Shown here piece after piece: positions 30,928 through 41,810 of a stretch of 64,000 nt of DNA. The notes beneath the pieces were generated by a model. It was not told the origin of the DNA and did not search any database. It saw only the letters and a program-made list of their open reading frames with translations. Positions within the stretch are counted from its first letter, which is position 1. Every line of letters starts with the position of its first letter. Location of the stretch: NCBI GenBank assembly GCA_963823665.1, contig CAWGMQ010000011.1, positions 608,001 to 672,000 on the forward strand. The letters are read 5' to 3'. The stretch comes from an uncultured Planctomycetota bacterium. Lineage in GTDB: Bacteria > Planctomycetota > Planctomycetia > Isosphaerales > Isosphaeraceae. The position numbers were made by a program, and so were the translations under genes.

Positions 30928-31581
30928 ATGCCAAGGCTGATCGTTGAAACGCGCGCACGTTGGTCCGCGTTGTTCCGGTTTCTCCGGAAATCGACGACTC
31001 ATGCCTCGATCGGGGGGAAGCCGTGGGCTGAGGCGGAAACGCAGTGGCCCGTATGCCGGACGTGTGCGAGCCCGATGCAGTTCCTCGCCCAATTCCCGTT
31101 GTCGGAATGCGGCGTCGAGGGCGTTGCGGAACGCGGCCAAACACTACTGTTGTTCCAATGCCAGAGTCAACCGGGAATGTGTGAGGAATGGGAGGCGAAC
31201 GGCGGCGGCAATGCCGCGCTGCTCGGAGGGACCTCCGCCCTACAGCAGATGACGGTACCGCCGGGTGCGACGCTGCTCGACGCCGAGTCGGTTGTCGACT
31301 TTCGCAAGTATGACGATGCACGACAGGCCGAAACCGACGATGATGCATATTGCCACGCGCTGGATGCCGATCCCAAGGTGCTCGGGAAACTTGGCGGGCG
31401 TCCGCTCTGGATTCAAGCAGACGAGACGCCGCTTTGCGATTGTGGTGCGCCGGCTGCCTTCGTCGCGCACGTCGAAAGTCGTGGCGGCGGCGGTATCAAT
31501 TTCGGCGACAACGGGAGCGGTTACGCTTTCGTCTGCGTGAGATGCCCGCGTTCGGCGAAGTTCTTGTGGCAGTGTTTGTGA
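30928..31581 (+). CDS. DUF1963/YwqG-like protein
   Basis: IGGKP...WPVCRTCASPMQFLAQF; KLGGRPLWIQADETPLC; NFGDNGSGYAF. Confidence 0.75.
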   Translation: MPRLIVETRARWSALFRFLRKSTTHASIGGKPWAEAETQWPVCRTCASPMQFLAQFPLSECGVEGVAERGQTLLLFQCQSQPGMCEEWEANGGGNAALLGGTSALQQMTVPPGATLLDAESVVDFRKYDDARQAETDDDAYCHALDADPKVLGKLGGRPLWIQADETPLCDCGAPAAFVAHVESRGGGGINFGDNGSGYAFVCVRCPRSAKFLWQCL

Positions 31582-31767
31582 TCCAGCGCCCGAACTTGTG
31601 GGCACGCGCTTCAAGCTCGTCCCGATTCAGCATGACAAGACGACGTGGGCAGCCATCGCCCCGGCGATTGATGATGTGTTCACCAAACACGATCGGTGGC
31701 GGATTGGGCGGCCAGGATCTGTAAATTCGTTGCCTCGCGCGGCGAGAAACGCAGGATTCGCAGGCGA

Positions 31768-31796
31768 TTGACAATATAGGAAATATCCTATAGGAT
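31768..31796 (+). promoter_or_regulatory. Sigma-70 promoter with palindromic operator in the spacer
   Basis: TTGACA (31768), 17-bp spacer, TAGGAT (31791); TATAGGA-AATA-TCCTATA at 31775-31792. Confidence 0.8.
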
Positions 31797-31810
31797 AAGG
31801 AAATACCCAA

Positions 31811-32185
31811 GTGGAGGAAGAACACGAGCGGGAAACTCCCGTGATCAGGCCGCTGGTGTGGCTGCGGAACACGCGAAGCAACATAAAGGCGTTTCCCGCT
31901 GGAGCGAGGAAGATTGTTGGCGACGAACTCCAACTGATCCAGTTCGGGGGTATGCCCAAGGATGCTAAGCATTTCAAAGGAGTCGGAAGCGGCGTGATCG
32001 AAATTGCATTGCGGTACGACACCGATGCCTACCGTACAGTGGTTGCAGTACAGTTAGGGCGGAAGATTTATGTACTGCATGCCTTTCAGAAGAAGTCGAA
32101 GAAAGGGATCGCGACGGCCAAGGCGGACGTGGATCTGATCAAGCAGCGTTACACAGAAGCGAGGGAGATGGCGGCGGATGAATAA
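31811..32185 (+). CDS. RelE/ParE-family toxin (HigB/Gp49-like)
   Basis: LQLIQFG..P...KHFKGVGSGVIEI, AYRTV, IYVLHAFQKKSKKG. Confidence 0.9.
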   Translation: MEEEHERETPVIRPLVWLRNTRSNIKAFPAGARKIVGDELQLIQFGGMPKDAKHFKGVGSGVIEIALRYDTDAYRTVVAVQLGRKIYVLHAFQKKSKKGIATAKADVDLIKQRYTEAREMAADE

Positions 32186-32522
32186 GGCGACGAAGAGGGC
32201 GAATGAGCCTACGTTCGAGGAGGGGTCGGGGAATGTCTTTGCGGACATCGGGCTCAGCGACGCGGACGAACTGTTCACGCGGGCCAAGCTGGGGTTTCAT
32301 GTTTACCAGGTTCTGACCGCCCGCAAGCTCAAACAGCGGGAGATCGCCGAGCTTCTGGGAATCAAGCAACCCGAGGTGTCGCACTTGCTCAACGGGCATT
32401 TCAGCCGCTTCACAACCGACAAGCTACTGCAATTCCTGAGGAGGCTCGACCGGAAGGTGAGCATCCGGATCAGCTCGCGCAAGCCGGGTGAGCCGTATCA
32501 GGAAATCGGGTTTAGCGTCTGA
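32178..32522 (+). CDS. Xre HTH antitoxin (HigA-like, HTH_37)
   Basis: GSGNVFADIG, LKQREIAELLGIKQPEVSHLLNG..SRFTTDKL; overlaps the toxin stop. Confidence 0.9.
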   Translation: MNKATKRANEPTFEEGSGNVFADIGLSDADELFTRAKLGFHVYQVLTARKLKQREIAELLGIKQPEVSHLLNGHFSRFTTDKLLQFLRRLDRKVSIRISSRKPGEPYQEIGFSV

Positions 32523-32548
32523 TTCGCGGGCTGTCGGCGGCCGTCGAC

Positions 32549-33589
32549 TTGGGGGAAACCGGCGTGAGGGGTGCCGGAGTCTGTCGAAGTCGCAGCCGCG
32601 GTGTCCTGCGCTTCAGCCTGCGCGCGCTGATCGCACTGATCGCGATCAGCGGTGTTTGGCTAGGGGGTCTTGTGCGGAGCGCCCGCATTCAGGGCGAGGC
32701 AGTGGAGGCGATTCGAAGGGCCGGGGGCGTATCCTCATACGACTGGCAATACCGCGGCGGGGTGAAGATCAACCGAGAACCGCCGCTTGTGCCGCGAAAA
32801 CTCCTGGAGCTGTTGGGGCCGGACTACTTCGGCCGAGTCAGCAACGTCCAGCTTCATCTAACGGATCCGAGCTTACGGAGGGTGATTGAGCCAGCTCGAA
32901 CTCAAACGTCCGGCTATGCTGGCGGCAATGTTGGTGAGGCCGCGATGGCGTACCTCCCCGCGCTACACGATCTCCGCGAGTTGGGAGTAACTCGCTGTGG
33001 TATCACGGACGCAGGTCTTGGGCATCTCAAGGGCCTTCGTCAACTCTACGATCTCAGCTTGGGATACAACCAGCTTACGGACGCCGGTCTCGTGCACTTG
33101 ACTGGGCTGAGCCAGTTATCTTGGCTCTTCCTCGACCATAACAGAATCAGTGACGTGGGCCTGGATCATCTCAAGGAACTCAACAATCTTTCATGGCTAT
33201 CGCTCCGCGGTACGGACGTTACCGATGCTGGAATGTCGCGACTGTGTGCCCTGCGCAAACTTTCAGTTTTGCATCTCGACGGCACTGCCGTTGGCAATGC
33301 CGGCCTCGCGCAGCTCGCCGGATAGGCGACTCTGAGACAGTTGCATCTAACTGGCACTCGAGTTACCGACGCAGGGCTCGCAAACCTGAGCGGTTTCCGC
33401 GGGCTTGCGCTGTTGGAACTTGCCGGCACTCGAATAACGGACGCGGGGCTTGAACACCTGAAAAAGCTGCGAAGTCTGAGGAGGATCTGGGTCCCGAACA
33501 CGCAAGTAACTGTGCGCGGTGCCCTGGAGCTGGAGCAAGCAATGCCCGGCTTGATGGTCGATATGCGACTCAGTATTCAAGGCCTCTGA
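32549..33589 (+). CDS. Leucine-rich repeat protein interrupted by an in-frame TAG at 33323-33325
   Basis: 24-aa repeats of type TDAGL.HL.GL..L..L.L continue in the same frame after the stop. Confidence 0.8.
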
Positions 33590-33836
33590 CGACCGGTCAA
33601 CAGGTTTTCTCTGGCCTGCGAACCGCGCGAAAGATCGAACATGTCGCCATCACCGCCGAATGACCCGTGCGGGAAATCTGCGGACGTCGAGTCCATGTAC
33701 CTGGCCAACGGGTCGAACACGGATTTCGGGTTTACGGGTACGCCAGAGCGGGCGCGGCACTTGACCACATCTGAGGTGACGGAAAACGGCGGGTCCGGAT
33801 CCAGGGCGCCGTGGGAGGCGAGGTGGACCGCGGCAA

Positions 33837-34748
33837 TCAAGCGGAGCGTGCGGCTTGCCACCAGGTCCTCGTCTTGCGTAATCCGGATTTGACAAGTCTT
33901 TTAAACGACCTGTAGGGAAGCAGACGCGTCCTCTGGTCCGCACGGATCTGGCAATCGGCGGGCATGACAGACCAGAGCTCGTCATATGAAGGGCGGCCGA
34001 ATGCGACAATATCGTGATTGTCACCCCAGCCTCGCTCGCGATAGAGGTGGATCCTCACTCCCGGGATTCGCTCGATATCGCGAAGGATTGCGTTCGGCTT
34101 CGCCAGGGAGACACCATAGGATCCGCGCATGTACGAATGCCCGATGCCGACGGGATAATCTCGATAACCGTATCCAAAGCGTTTAAAATCAGCGACGATC
34201 CGCCCCCACGCCAGGTCATCCGTGAACGGGATGATTTCGTGAACGAATTGCGACCACCTGCCATGAAACGTCGCGACCACGATGCCTTGGGGCGTCAGGA
34301 AATTCGCGAGGTGCGCCAGCCAGGAGCGCGTGGTTTTCCGGGAGGTGTGCGTGAATAGCGATCCGACCCAAATGACATCAAAAAGTGTTCCGAGGTCAAC
34401 TTTGGTCAAATCTTCCGTGGAGTGCACCGGAGTTGCACCGAAGGTCTTCGCGCAGAATTCGACGCCGGCTCGATCGAGGTCGCACGCGTGAAACGTCGCA
34501 TCCGGGAACAGGTGCACAAGGTGCCGCAGCACGCGGCCATGACCGCAAGGAAGGTCGAGCACGGTGCGAACCTCTCGGATCCTCGCGGAGACGCAGGCCG
34601 TCGCGATTGCCTCCACCGCGTATTTGCCGACAGGAAGATACCATTCGTCATTCATGGATTCTGTCGGTGACATGGTCAGGTCGATCGTTGCGGATTGATA
34701 GTGCTTGAGCAGCCCGCAGACGTAGTCGAGGTTGGGTTCTACACTCAT
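33837..34748 (-). CDS. Class I SAM-dependent methyltransferase
   Basis: VLDLPCGHGRVLR, ACDLD, FDVIWVGSLFTH. Confidence 0.85.
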   Translation of the reverse strand: MSVEPNLDYVCGLLKHYQSATIDLTMSPTESMNDEWYLPVGKYAVEAIATACVSARIREVRTVLDLPCGHGRVLRHLVHLFPDATFHACDLDRAGVEFCAKTFGATPVHSTEDLTKVDLGTLFDVIWVGSLFTHTSRKTTRSWLAHLANFLTPQGIVVATFHGRWSQFVHEIIPFTDDLAWGRIVADFKRFGYGYRDYPVGIGHSYMRGSYGVSLAKPNAILRDIERIPGVRIHLYRERGWGDNHDIVAFGRPSYDELWSVMPADCQIRADQRTRLLPYRSFKRLVKSGLRKTRTWWQAARSA

Positions 34749-34989
34749 GGAATCATTCCGCGAAAGCGGGCGCACCACCACACCGAGCCGGCACGGACCG
34801 CCGCTGGGTGTTATAGCCGGCATCTTCTCATCGGCAGAGAGGGTGTCATCCGATTAGCGCGACTGGTCATCGTCACGCCTCGTCACGCTCTTGACACGCG
34901 CTAAGAGCGGAAACAGTGGGTGTTTAAGGCAAGAACCGGCCGGATCAACGCCCGCAATGGCATGACTCTCATGGGAATGCTAACAGTGT

Positions 34990-35511
34990 CTATGGCTTGT
35001 CGGTCCTGCGCTCGCCGATGGGTAGATCGCGAATCTCCTGGCCCGCGATGACCCCGAAGCAGCACCTCGCCGACTTCGAGCGGACGTTGATGAGGACGAT
35101 GTCGCCATCACCGCCGAAGGCGTTCCAGTCGATCTTGCCGTCGGCCCCCGGCTGAGGGGGCGGATCGAGGGACATGGTGCCGCCTGTATCGCCGTCGTAG
35201 CCGAGTTTCCTGAAGAGAAACCCGCAGAGCCCCGCGGCCGAGGCGCCCGGATCATCCGGGCGCAGGTGCGGAGCGGCCTCTCGTATCGTATCGAAGGCGC
35301 GCCGGCCACCGCCGACGCGGAGATAGACGGCCGGGCTGTACGACGAGTGATCGTCGTAGTCGTTGCAGCAAATGAAGCGGACCCTGCGGTCCCAATCGTC
35401 CGGATCGCTCTGATTGTCCAGGCCGCCTTTGTCGCGGTTTCGACATCCGATCACGGCGCTTGTTGCCGCGCCGCTTGACAGAAGTAATCGCAGGAAGGGA
35501 CGACGCTTCAC
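34990..35511 (-). CDS. Hypothetical exported protein/lipoprotein
   Basis: MKRRPFLRLLL...VIGC (Tat-like plus lipobox-like). Confidence 0.55.
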   Translation of the reverse strand: MKRRPFLRLLLSSGAATSAVIGCRNRDKGGLDNQSDPDDWDRRVRFICCNDYDDHSSYSPAVYLRVGGGRRAFDTIREAAPHLRPDDPGASAAGLCGFLFRKLGYDGDTGGTMSLDPPPQPGADGKIDWNAFGGDGDIVLINVRSKSARCCFGVIAGQEIRDLPIGERRTDKP

Positions 35512-35515
35512 CGGC

Positions 35516-35670
35516 TAGTGCTCTGTCACAGCTAAGAATTCGGGTTGGGTAATAGTCGAAAATAGCGGACGATGCGGGGGACAAGGAGGTCGCCCATGGA
35601 TAAGGAGTATATCGTCCTCCTGGCGGATCAGGAACGAGCTGAGTTGGCGGTGGTGATCAAGAAGTTCAAA
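35516..35670 (+). mobile_element. Truncated IS630-family element (left end plus first ~25 codons of transposase)
   Basis: TAGTGCTCTGTCA end-like sequence; AAGGAGGT RBS; MDKEYIVLLADQERAELAVVIKK resembles IS630 N-termini, then loses similarity. Confidence 0.6.
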
Positions 35671-35803
35671 GTGTCGCGGTCGGAGTCGATGCGGTGGGCT
35701 GGTAAAGTCGAGCCGGCCTGGAAACTTCTCGCATCGGACCCGGCCCACCGCAAACTAAGCAAACGGTGATTCATAGCCACATTTTACGGTCACCCCAGGG
35801 ACC

Positions 35804-36361
35804 ATGGCCATGAGACTCCCGCGCGTGAGTTTTACGGTGCGGAGCATGATGATCGCGGTGGCGGTCTTAGCAGCGGCCTTCGCAGCCTTTGCAGCATGGA
35901 TGCGGGTCGGTCAGGACGAGTGGCGCCAGCATCTGAATACCGAGATGAAGTGGAGCCGGTCTCCTGTGGGCGAGTTCTTCAGGAAGCATGGCTTTGAGAA
36001 ATTCCGGGCGAACAGCCTTCTGAAGGTCTCGGCACCGGGCGCCCCCGACCGGCGAGGGTACTACTCTCGACGCCGGTCTTGTCTCGGCCAAGGGGGCGAG
36101 TTGTACAGCGACAGCCGTGGCCGCTCATATTACGGCACAGGTTTCGCTGGAGGGCAGCACTGGTTGACCGCGGCGGAGCTGGCCCAGGTCGGACAGATTA
36201 TCTCGAAGCTCCCTCCGCCTAACGGGTCCTATCCGCAGGGCGACCTGCTACTGGTGAGCTGCCTCAGCCAGGGTTCTTGGGTCACGAAGGCCTATGACAT
36301 CGCAGCACTTCCTCCTGCGGTTAAGGAGTTAGTAAGGGTTCTTCAGCTTAGGCTTCGGTGA
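35804..36361 (+). CDS. Hypothetical membrane-anchored protein
   Basis: MRLPRVSFTVRSMMIAVAVLA N-terminus typical of planctomycetes. Confidence 0.65.
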   Translation: MAMRLPRVSFTVRSMMIAVAVLAAAFAAFAAWMRVGQDEWRQHLNTEMKWSRSPVGEFFRKHGFEKFRANSLLKVSAPGAPDRRGYYSRRRSCLGQGGELYSDSRGRSYYGTGFAGGQHWLTAAELAQVGQIISKLPPPNGSYPQGDLLLVSCLSQGSWVTKAYDIAALPPAVKELVRVLQLRLR

Positions 36362-36431
36362 CCCATGAGAACTGGCCGATTCTATTCGGCGGAAAGGATG
36401 CTCGTGCGGTGGTCGCCTCCACTGCGCCAAC

Positions 36432-36575
36432 GAGCTCCTTGGCCGACTGCGCCCGATGGGGCGGACGGGCACTATTCGAGATGTCGCGGAACAGGTAGTC
36501 TACCTGGAGTCAGCCGCCTTTCTGACCGGCGACATCCTCAACGTTGATGGCGGCGCGCCTGGCGGCCACTGGTGA
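36432..36575 (+). pseudogene. C-terminal fragment of an SDR oxidoreductase
   Basis: PMGRTGTIRDVAEQVVYLESAAFLTGDILNVDGGAPGGHW*; no Rossmann N-terminus upstream; absent from the ORF track. Confidence 0.7.
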
Positions 36576-36829
36576 AACATTCAATGTGAACTTGTCCGAT
36601 CAAATAGCATGGAGTCTTTCGATGAAATACTCCTTGGAGGCCGATGGCTTTCGGCGGCACGAGTCCTGCGCCTGGTCCAGATCGAGAGCGATGGCGTAGT
36701 GCGACTTCATGCCGAACTTCTCGATTGACGATCCGGTCTGACGTCGGCCCTGAGTTTTTCTGCCGGCGACTTCAATTACTTCGACAGGCAACTGTCCGTG
36801 AACAGACTCTCCAGCTTCCGGAGGACTTC

Positions 36830-38365
36830 ATGAGCACGATTGCTGCCCCTGATCGGTCGCCTGCAACATCCTCGCGTTCAGCTTCCGCGCTGAACCTGAT
36901 CGGCGGAACCTGGGTCGAGGGCCGTGGGAACACGAGCCGCGACATTTACAATCCTTCGGATACGGCCGAGATGCTGGCGCCGGTGCGCGAGGCCGCGCCG
37001 GAGCAGGTGGATGAGGCATGCGCTGCGGCCGCCGAAGCCTTTCCTGGCTGGCGCGCCACTCCGGCGCCGGATCGGGCCCACATCCTGTTCAATTTCCGGG
37101 ACCTGCTGGAAAAGAACTTCTCAGACGTGGCGCACAGCATCGTCCGCGAAAACGGCAAGTTGTTGAGCGAGGCGCGCGGCTCGCTGCGGCGCGGGCTTGA
37201 CGTCGTCGATTTTGCCTGCGGCATTCCCTCTCAACTGATGGGACAGACTCTGACCGACATTTCGCGGGATGTCGATTGCCATACCATCCGCGAACCTATG
37301 GGTGTGGTGGTCGGCATTCCGCCGTTCAATTTCCCGGCCTTGATTCCGCTGTGGATGATGTCAGTCGCCGTCGCCTGCGGGAACACGTTCCTCTTGAAGC
37401 CTGCCGAGAAGGCACCGCTCACCGGCACCCGACTCGTGGAGCTGTTCGCTCTTGCCGGCTTGCCGCCGGGTGTCGTCGGCGTGGTGCAGGGGAGCAAGGA
37501 AGTAAGCGAACGGCTCATCAGCAACCCGCATGTCCAGGCAGTTTCCTTCGTCGGCACGTCTGCCGTGGCGGAGTCGGTCTACCGCACCGCGGCGGCTCAC
37601 GGCAAGCGTGTTCAGGCGCACGGCGGAGCGAAGAACCATCTGCTCGTCCTGCCCGATGCCGACCTGGAGCGCATCCTGCCCGACCTGATTGGCTCGTGCT
37701 TCGGCTCCGCGGGGCAGCGCTGTCTTGCCGTGAGCGTGCTGGTGGCGGTCGGCGATCGAGTGCGACAGGACGCCGTCGTCGATGCCTTCATCCGCTCGGC
37801 GGGTGAACTCAAGCCGGGAGACGGCCTGGACGACACCGCGACGCTCTGTCCCGTGGTGAACCCAGATCAGGAAAAGCGGATCCGGGCTGCGATCGAGCGC
37901 GGGGTGGCGGAAGGAGCCCGGCTTCGCCTCGACGGGCGTTCCCTGACCGTAGCCCACCGGCCGCGGGGTTGCTTCATCGGGCCGACGGTCTTTGACGAAG
38001 TGACACCGGAGATGTTCGTCGGCCGGGAGGAGATTTTTGGCCCGGTGGTGAGCCTGATGCGCGCCCCGGACCTGGACGCGGCGATCACGTTGGCAAACCG
38101 CAGCCGATACGGCAACACGGCCTCCCTTTTCACGCAATCCGCGGCAGCGGCCCGCACCTTCCGCGAACGCATCCAGGCCGGGATGCTCGGCATCAATGTC
38201 GGCGTGCCGGCGCCGATGGGGTTCTTTCCATTCGGCGGCTGGAAGAGTTCGATTTACGGTGATCTCAATGCGCAGGGTGCTGCCGCCGTTGCTTTCTACA
38301 CGCGAGAGAAAGTAATCACGGAACGCTGGTTCGGCGCCGAGGCGCCGAAGGATGGATGGGTTTGA
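36830..38365 (+). CDS. mmsA: CoA-acylating (methyl)malonate-semialdehyde dehydrogenase
   Basis: GGAGG RBS; PPFNFP, LKPAEK, SFVGTS, GGAKNH, GSAGQRCLA, EEIFGPV, GINVGVPAP..FFPFGGWK. Confidence 0.92.
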   Translation: MSTIAAPDRSPATSSRSASALNLIGGTWVEGRGNTSRDIYNPSDTAEMLAPVREAAPEQVDEACAAAAEAFPGWRATPAPDRAHILFNFRDLLEKNFSDVAHSIVRENGKLLSEARGSLRRGLDVVDFACGIPSQLMGQTLTDISRDVDCHTIREPMGVVVGIPPFNFPALIPLWMMSVAVACGNTFLLKPAEKAPLTGTRLVELFALAGLPPGVVGVVQGSKEVSERLISNPHVQAVSFVGTSAVAESVYRTAAAHGKRVQAHGGAKNHLLVLPDADLERILPDLIGSCFGSAGQRCLAVSVLVAVGDRVRQDAVVDAFIRSAGELKPGDGLDDTATLCPVVNPDQEKRIRAAIERGVAEGARLRLDGRSLTVAHRPRGCFIGPTVFDEVTPEMFVGREEIFGPVVSLMRAPDLDAAITLANRSRYGNTASLFTQSAAAARTFRERIQAGMLGINVGVPAPMGFFPFGGWKSSIYGDLNAQGAAAVAFYTREKVITERWFGAEAPKDGWV

Positions 38366-38408
38366 TCGAACAGGCAAGCCGGGAACGTCGGAGACCGCAG
38401 CGACTCAC

Positions 38409-39125
38409 TCATGCCTTCTTCCCTTGCTCCACACCCGCCTTCGCTACCATGTGGCTCGTGGCGTCCTGGCGTTCCCACATGCGAAAGCCGCCCAGGAACG
38501 CATTGGCGTTGTCGCCTGCGCGGCAGCCCGGCGGCAGCGTTTTGAGTTCCTTCACGCCGCCTCCGCCAAGCACGATATCGTCCGGGTGCAGGGCGGCAGT
38601 CAGACGGTCCACGATCGCGGCGACATGGCGTTTCCACTTCTTCTTGCCCAGCCGCTTGAGCCCTCGGGCTCCCACGTAGTCTTCGAGGGTCGCGTGTTTG
38701 TAGGCGAGATGGGCCAGTTCCATCGGCCACACGACTCCGTCCGCGACGAGAGCGGACCCCAGCCCCGTTCCCAAGCCAAGAAAGAGCATCAGTCCACTCT
38801 GGTAACTGCCCAGCGCTTGCATGGCGGCGTCGTTCAGGACTTTCACCGGGCAACCAAAAGCCGCCTGGAAGTCAAACCCAACCCAGCGGGGAGCGAGATT
38901 ATATGGCTCCAAGGCAATCTGGCCGTGGCGAACCAGCCCTGGGTAACCGATCGAGACCACGTCATACTTCCAACCCGCGGCAAGATCCTTGACTCCCCTG
39001 ACCATCTCTTCGGGCGTCATCGCCGATCCGGATGGGAACCGACGACGCTCATCCTGCCCACTGGCAAGGATCTTGACGCCACTTCCACCGATATCGACTA
39101 CCAATATGTTCGTATGTTGTCTCAT
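38409..39125 (-). CDS. ppgK: ROK-family (polyphosphate) glucokinase
   Basis: VDIGGSGVK, SIGYPG, LNDAAMQALG, LGLGTGLGSA, ELAHL, NANAFLGG. Confidence 0.8.
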   Translation of the reverse strand: MRQHTNILVVDIGGSGVKILASGQDERRRFPSGSAMTPEEMVRGVKDLAAGWKYDVVSIGYPGLVRHGQIALEPYNLAPRWVGFDFQAAFGCPVKVLNDAAMQALGSYQSGLMLFLGLGTGLGSALVADGVVWPMELAHLAYKHATLEDYVGARGLKRLGKKKWKRHVAAIVDRLTAALHPDDIVLGGGGVKELKTLPPGCRAGDNANAFLGGFRMWERQDATSHMVAKAGVEQGKKA

Positions 39126-39479
39126 GAGAAATTCTCGCAATCGCCGAATTCGAGGGATCTCCGACATCAGGTGTTGCCAGAGTCAGACTGCCTCAGCCCG
39201 CGGCGACAAACACGACGATGACGGCAGTCATGCGATGGAGTTCCCGCGGGTCGGGCACAACACGCGGAAACGCGGTCTCCGAGTTCAGGGTTTTCAAGCC
39301 GGGCCGCAACCCGCATTGGTGGGATTATCGCACAGCCGAGTACAACACGCCTCCCGGCTGTGGCCGGCGAATCGGGCCTCTCACCCGGTGACTGGGGCGC
39401 TTACCCCGGAAAAATGGAACACTCTGGTATGCGGCTCCGTTATTATCAATAGGAGCACCGATCAAGGGGAGCCAGAATC

Positions 39480-41716
39480 GTGCCACCGAACCGGACCGGG
39501 GCCGTCCCGCGCGGCTTGCAGACGCTCTTCCACGCCGGCTCGCTCGTCGGGGTCACCGACGGGCAGTTGCTGGAGCGGTTCGCCGCGCGCGACGGCGAGG
39601 CGTCCGAGTCGGCATTCGCCGCCCTGGTCGAGCGGCACGCGGCCCTGGGGGGATCGTCAGGCTGCCGGAGGGACTGCTCGCGTCCACGGTCCGCGGCTCG
39701 GTGCTGTTCGCGACGGATCCGATCCACGAGGCGGGCGTCGTCTCGGCGTCGGCCGTCGCGCTCGCGGAAGGAGTACGGAAGACGATGATCCGTGTCAGGC
39801 TGCACGCGGCGTTCCTGGCGGCGCTGGCCGTCACCGGCCTGCTGGCTCCGGCGTGGCTCGCCGTCGCCCGCCAGGCCCCCGACGACCGCGCCAGGATCAA
39901 GGCCCCGCCGGCCGGGAAGGCGGCCGGCCCCTCCGCCGTCGACATCGGGGGGAACTGGATCGTGCGGGGAGGGGAGCGACTGGCCGTGATCCGCATCGAG
40001 GGCCCGCCCGGGCAACGGCGGGCTCGGCTCCTTTCCGTGGGGAATCCCGATCGCATCGACTTCGCCCGGTCCAAGCTCGATCACGTCCGCATCGACGAGA
40101 CGACCGTCCGCTTCACGCTCCAGCTCTTCCGGGTCTTGTCGCCGCCGGATATCTTTCCCATCGAGATCGTGGCCCACCGTTTCGGCGACGAGGCCCGGCC
40201 GACAACGCTCCGGGGCGGCTGGATCCGCGATCGCGGTCGTGACAGGAGGTTAGACCTGGTGACGCCCGTGACGCTCGAACGCACCGATCGCGCGGAACTC
40301 GACCCCAAGGAAGCCGACCCGCTCACGCCGGGCCGGGAGGAGTATCGGCGGGTCGTCCGGTCGAACGACCTCGCCGCGCTGAGGGAGGGCCTTGAGGGGA
40401 TCCTCGCGAAGTACCGCGACGATACGCCCGTGGCGTGGTCGGCCGCCCACTCCCTGGTCATGATCCGGGCGGAGGCCGGGGCCCCGAACGAGGAGCTGCG
40501 CGGCCTGATCGATCGGGCCGCCCGCGTCGTCTCGCGTCATGGCCGCGAGATGGAGATCGGCACGATCGGCACGATCGTCGACAACCTCACCGGGGCGGAG
40601 GGGCGGGACGACCTGGCCGTGGAGTACGCCCGCAGGGCCGTCGCGATGCTCCGCCCGGAGGACTCGGCGGGCCTCCAGATCCCGACGATCCAGTGCCTGG
40701 TCAACGCCCTGCGCAAGTCCCGCACGATCGACGAGGCGAAGGCCGCGGCGGAAGTCCAGGCCCTGGAGGACCGCATCGCGAGGCTCGGCGGTCAGGCCGG
40801 TCGCGGCCCCGCCCCGGCCGGCCGCACCGGGGCCGGGGCCGTCCCGTGGGCGTGGAGCTTCGCGGCCGCAAACGAGAAGGCCAGGGCCGATGGGAAGCTC
40901 GTCATGGTCGTGTTCTACACCGAGAATTCCCGCTGGGAGCGGCTCGATGCGGAGGTCTTCCCCAGGCCGGACGTCGTCGAGGCGATCCGCCCCTTCGTCC
41001 CGGTGAAGGTCGATGCCGAGGATGGCGAAGGCCGTCCGCTGGCCGAAAAGTACAAGGCGCACGTCGGGGCGATCTATCCGATGATCCTGTTCCTCGACCC
41101 GGCGAACCGGGAGGCCGAGGGCAGTGGCGTCGTCGCCAGGATCCCCGGCATGATCCCGGCGGGGACGTTCGTCGAGGGCTTGCGGACGATCGCCCGCCTG
41201 CCGAGGGACATCGGCTCGCTCGTCCGGAAGGCCCATCCCGACGACGGCGACGCGATGAGGCAACTGGCGACCGCGCTGGCGATGCGCGGGCGCATCAAGG
41301 ATGCCGCCGCGCTGATCGATCGCGCCTGGGGGCCCGACGCGGACCCGGGCTTCGATCGCTGGGCCGCGGTCTACAACGCGATCGGCATCGAGCTCATGAT
41401 GCGACTGAGATGGCGCGAGGCCGCCGAGTGGTTCCACAAGGCGGCCGACGTGGCGAAGCGGCCGATCGACGTCTACAATGCCCATCTGGGCGCCGGCTTC
41501 GCCGCGATGCTCCAGCAGAAGGGCGACCGAGGCCGCCAGGGAGCTGGAAGCGGCCGCGCGGGTGGGTGACGGCGTCTCGGACGGGGAACGCGACTTCGCC
41601 AGGGAATGGCTGGGCAACTTGGCCAGGGGGCCCGGCGGCTCGCCGGAGGCGGTCGCCGCGCTGAAGCGGTTGGACGCGGAACGCCCGAGAAAGGCGGCTG
41701 AGACACCGACCCGGTG
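39480..41716 (+). CDS. ECF-sigma-derived protein lacking the sigma core, with TM, thioredoxin-like and TPR-like domains (frameshifts near 39650 and 41530)
   Basis: Leader LQTLFHAG...TDGQLLERF...AFAALVERH joins directly to the post-sigma4 linker LPEGLLASTV...SASAVALAEGV; thioredoxin-like KARADGKLVMVVFYTEN...FVPVKVDAE...YPMILFLDP. Confidence 0.7.
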
Positions 41717-41721
41717 ATGCG

Positions 41722-41780
41722 GTCTACGCATACGATGCAACGAAAGCGCTCGCCGCTCGGTGCTCAGCTAATCGGTAGAT
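41722..41780 (+). other. Degenerate attC-like site
   Basis: GTCTACG-CATAC-GATGCAACG...GGTAGAT follows the spacing of the better sites at 44577 and 45025. Confidence 0.35.
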
Positions 41781-41810
41781 TACTCCGACGACTGGAAAGG
41801 ACTGACGACA

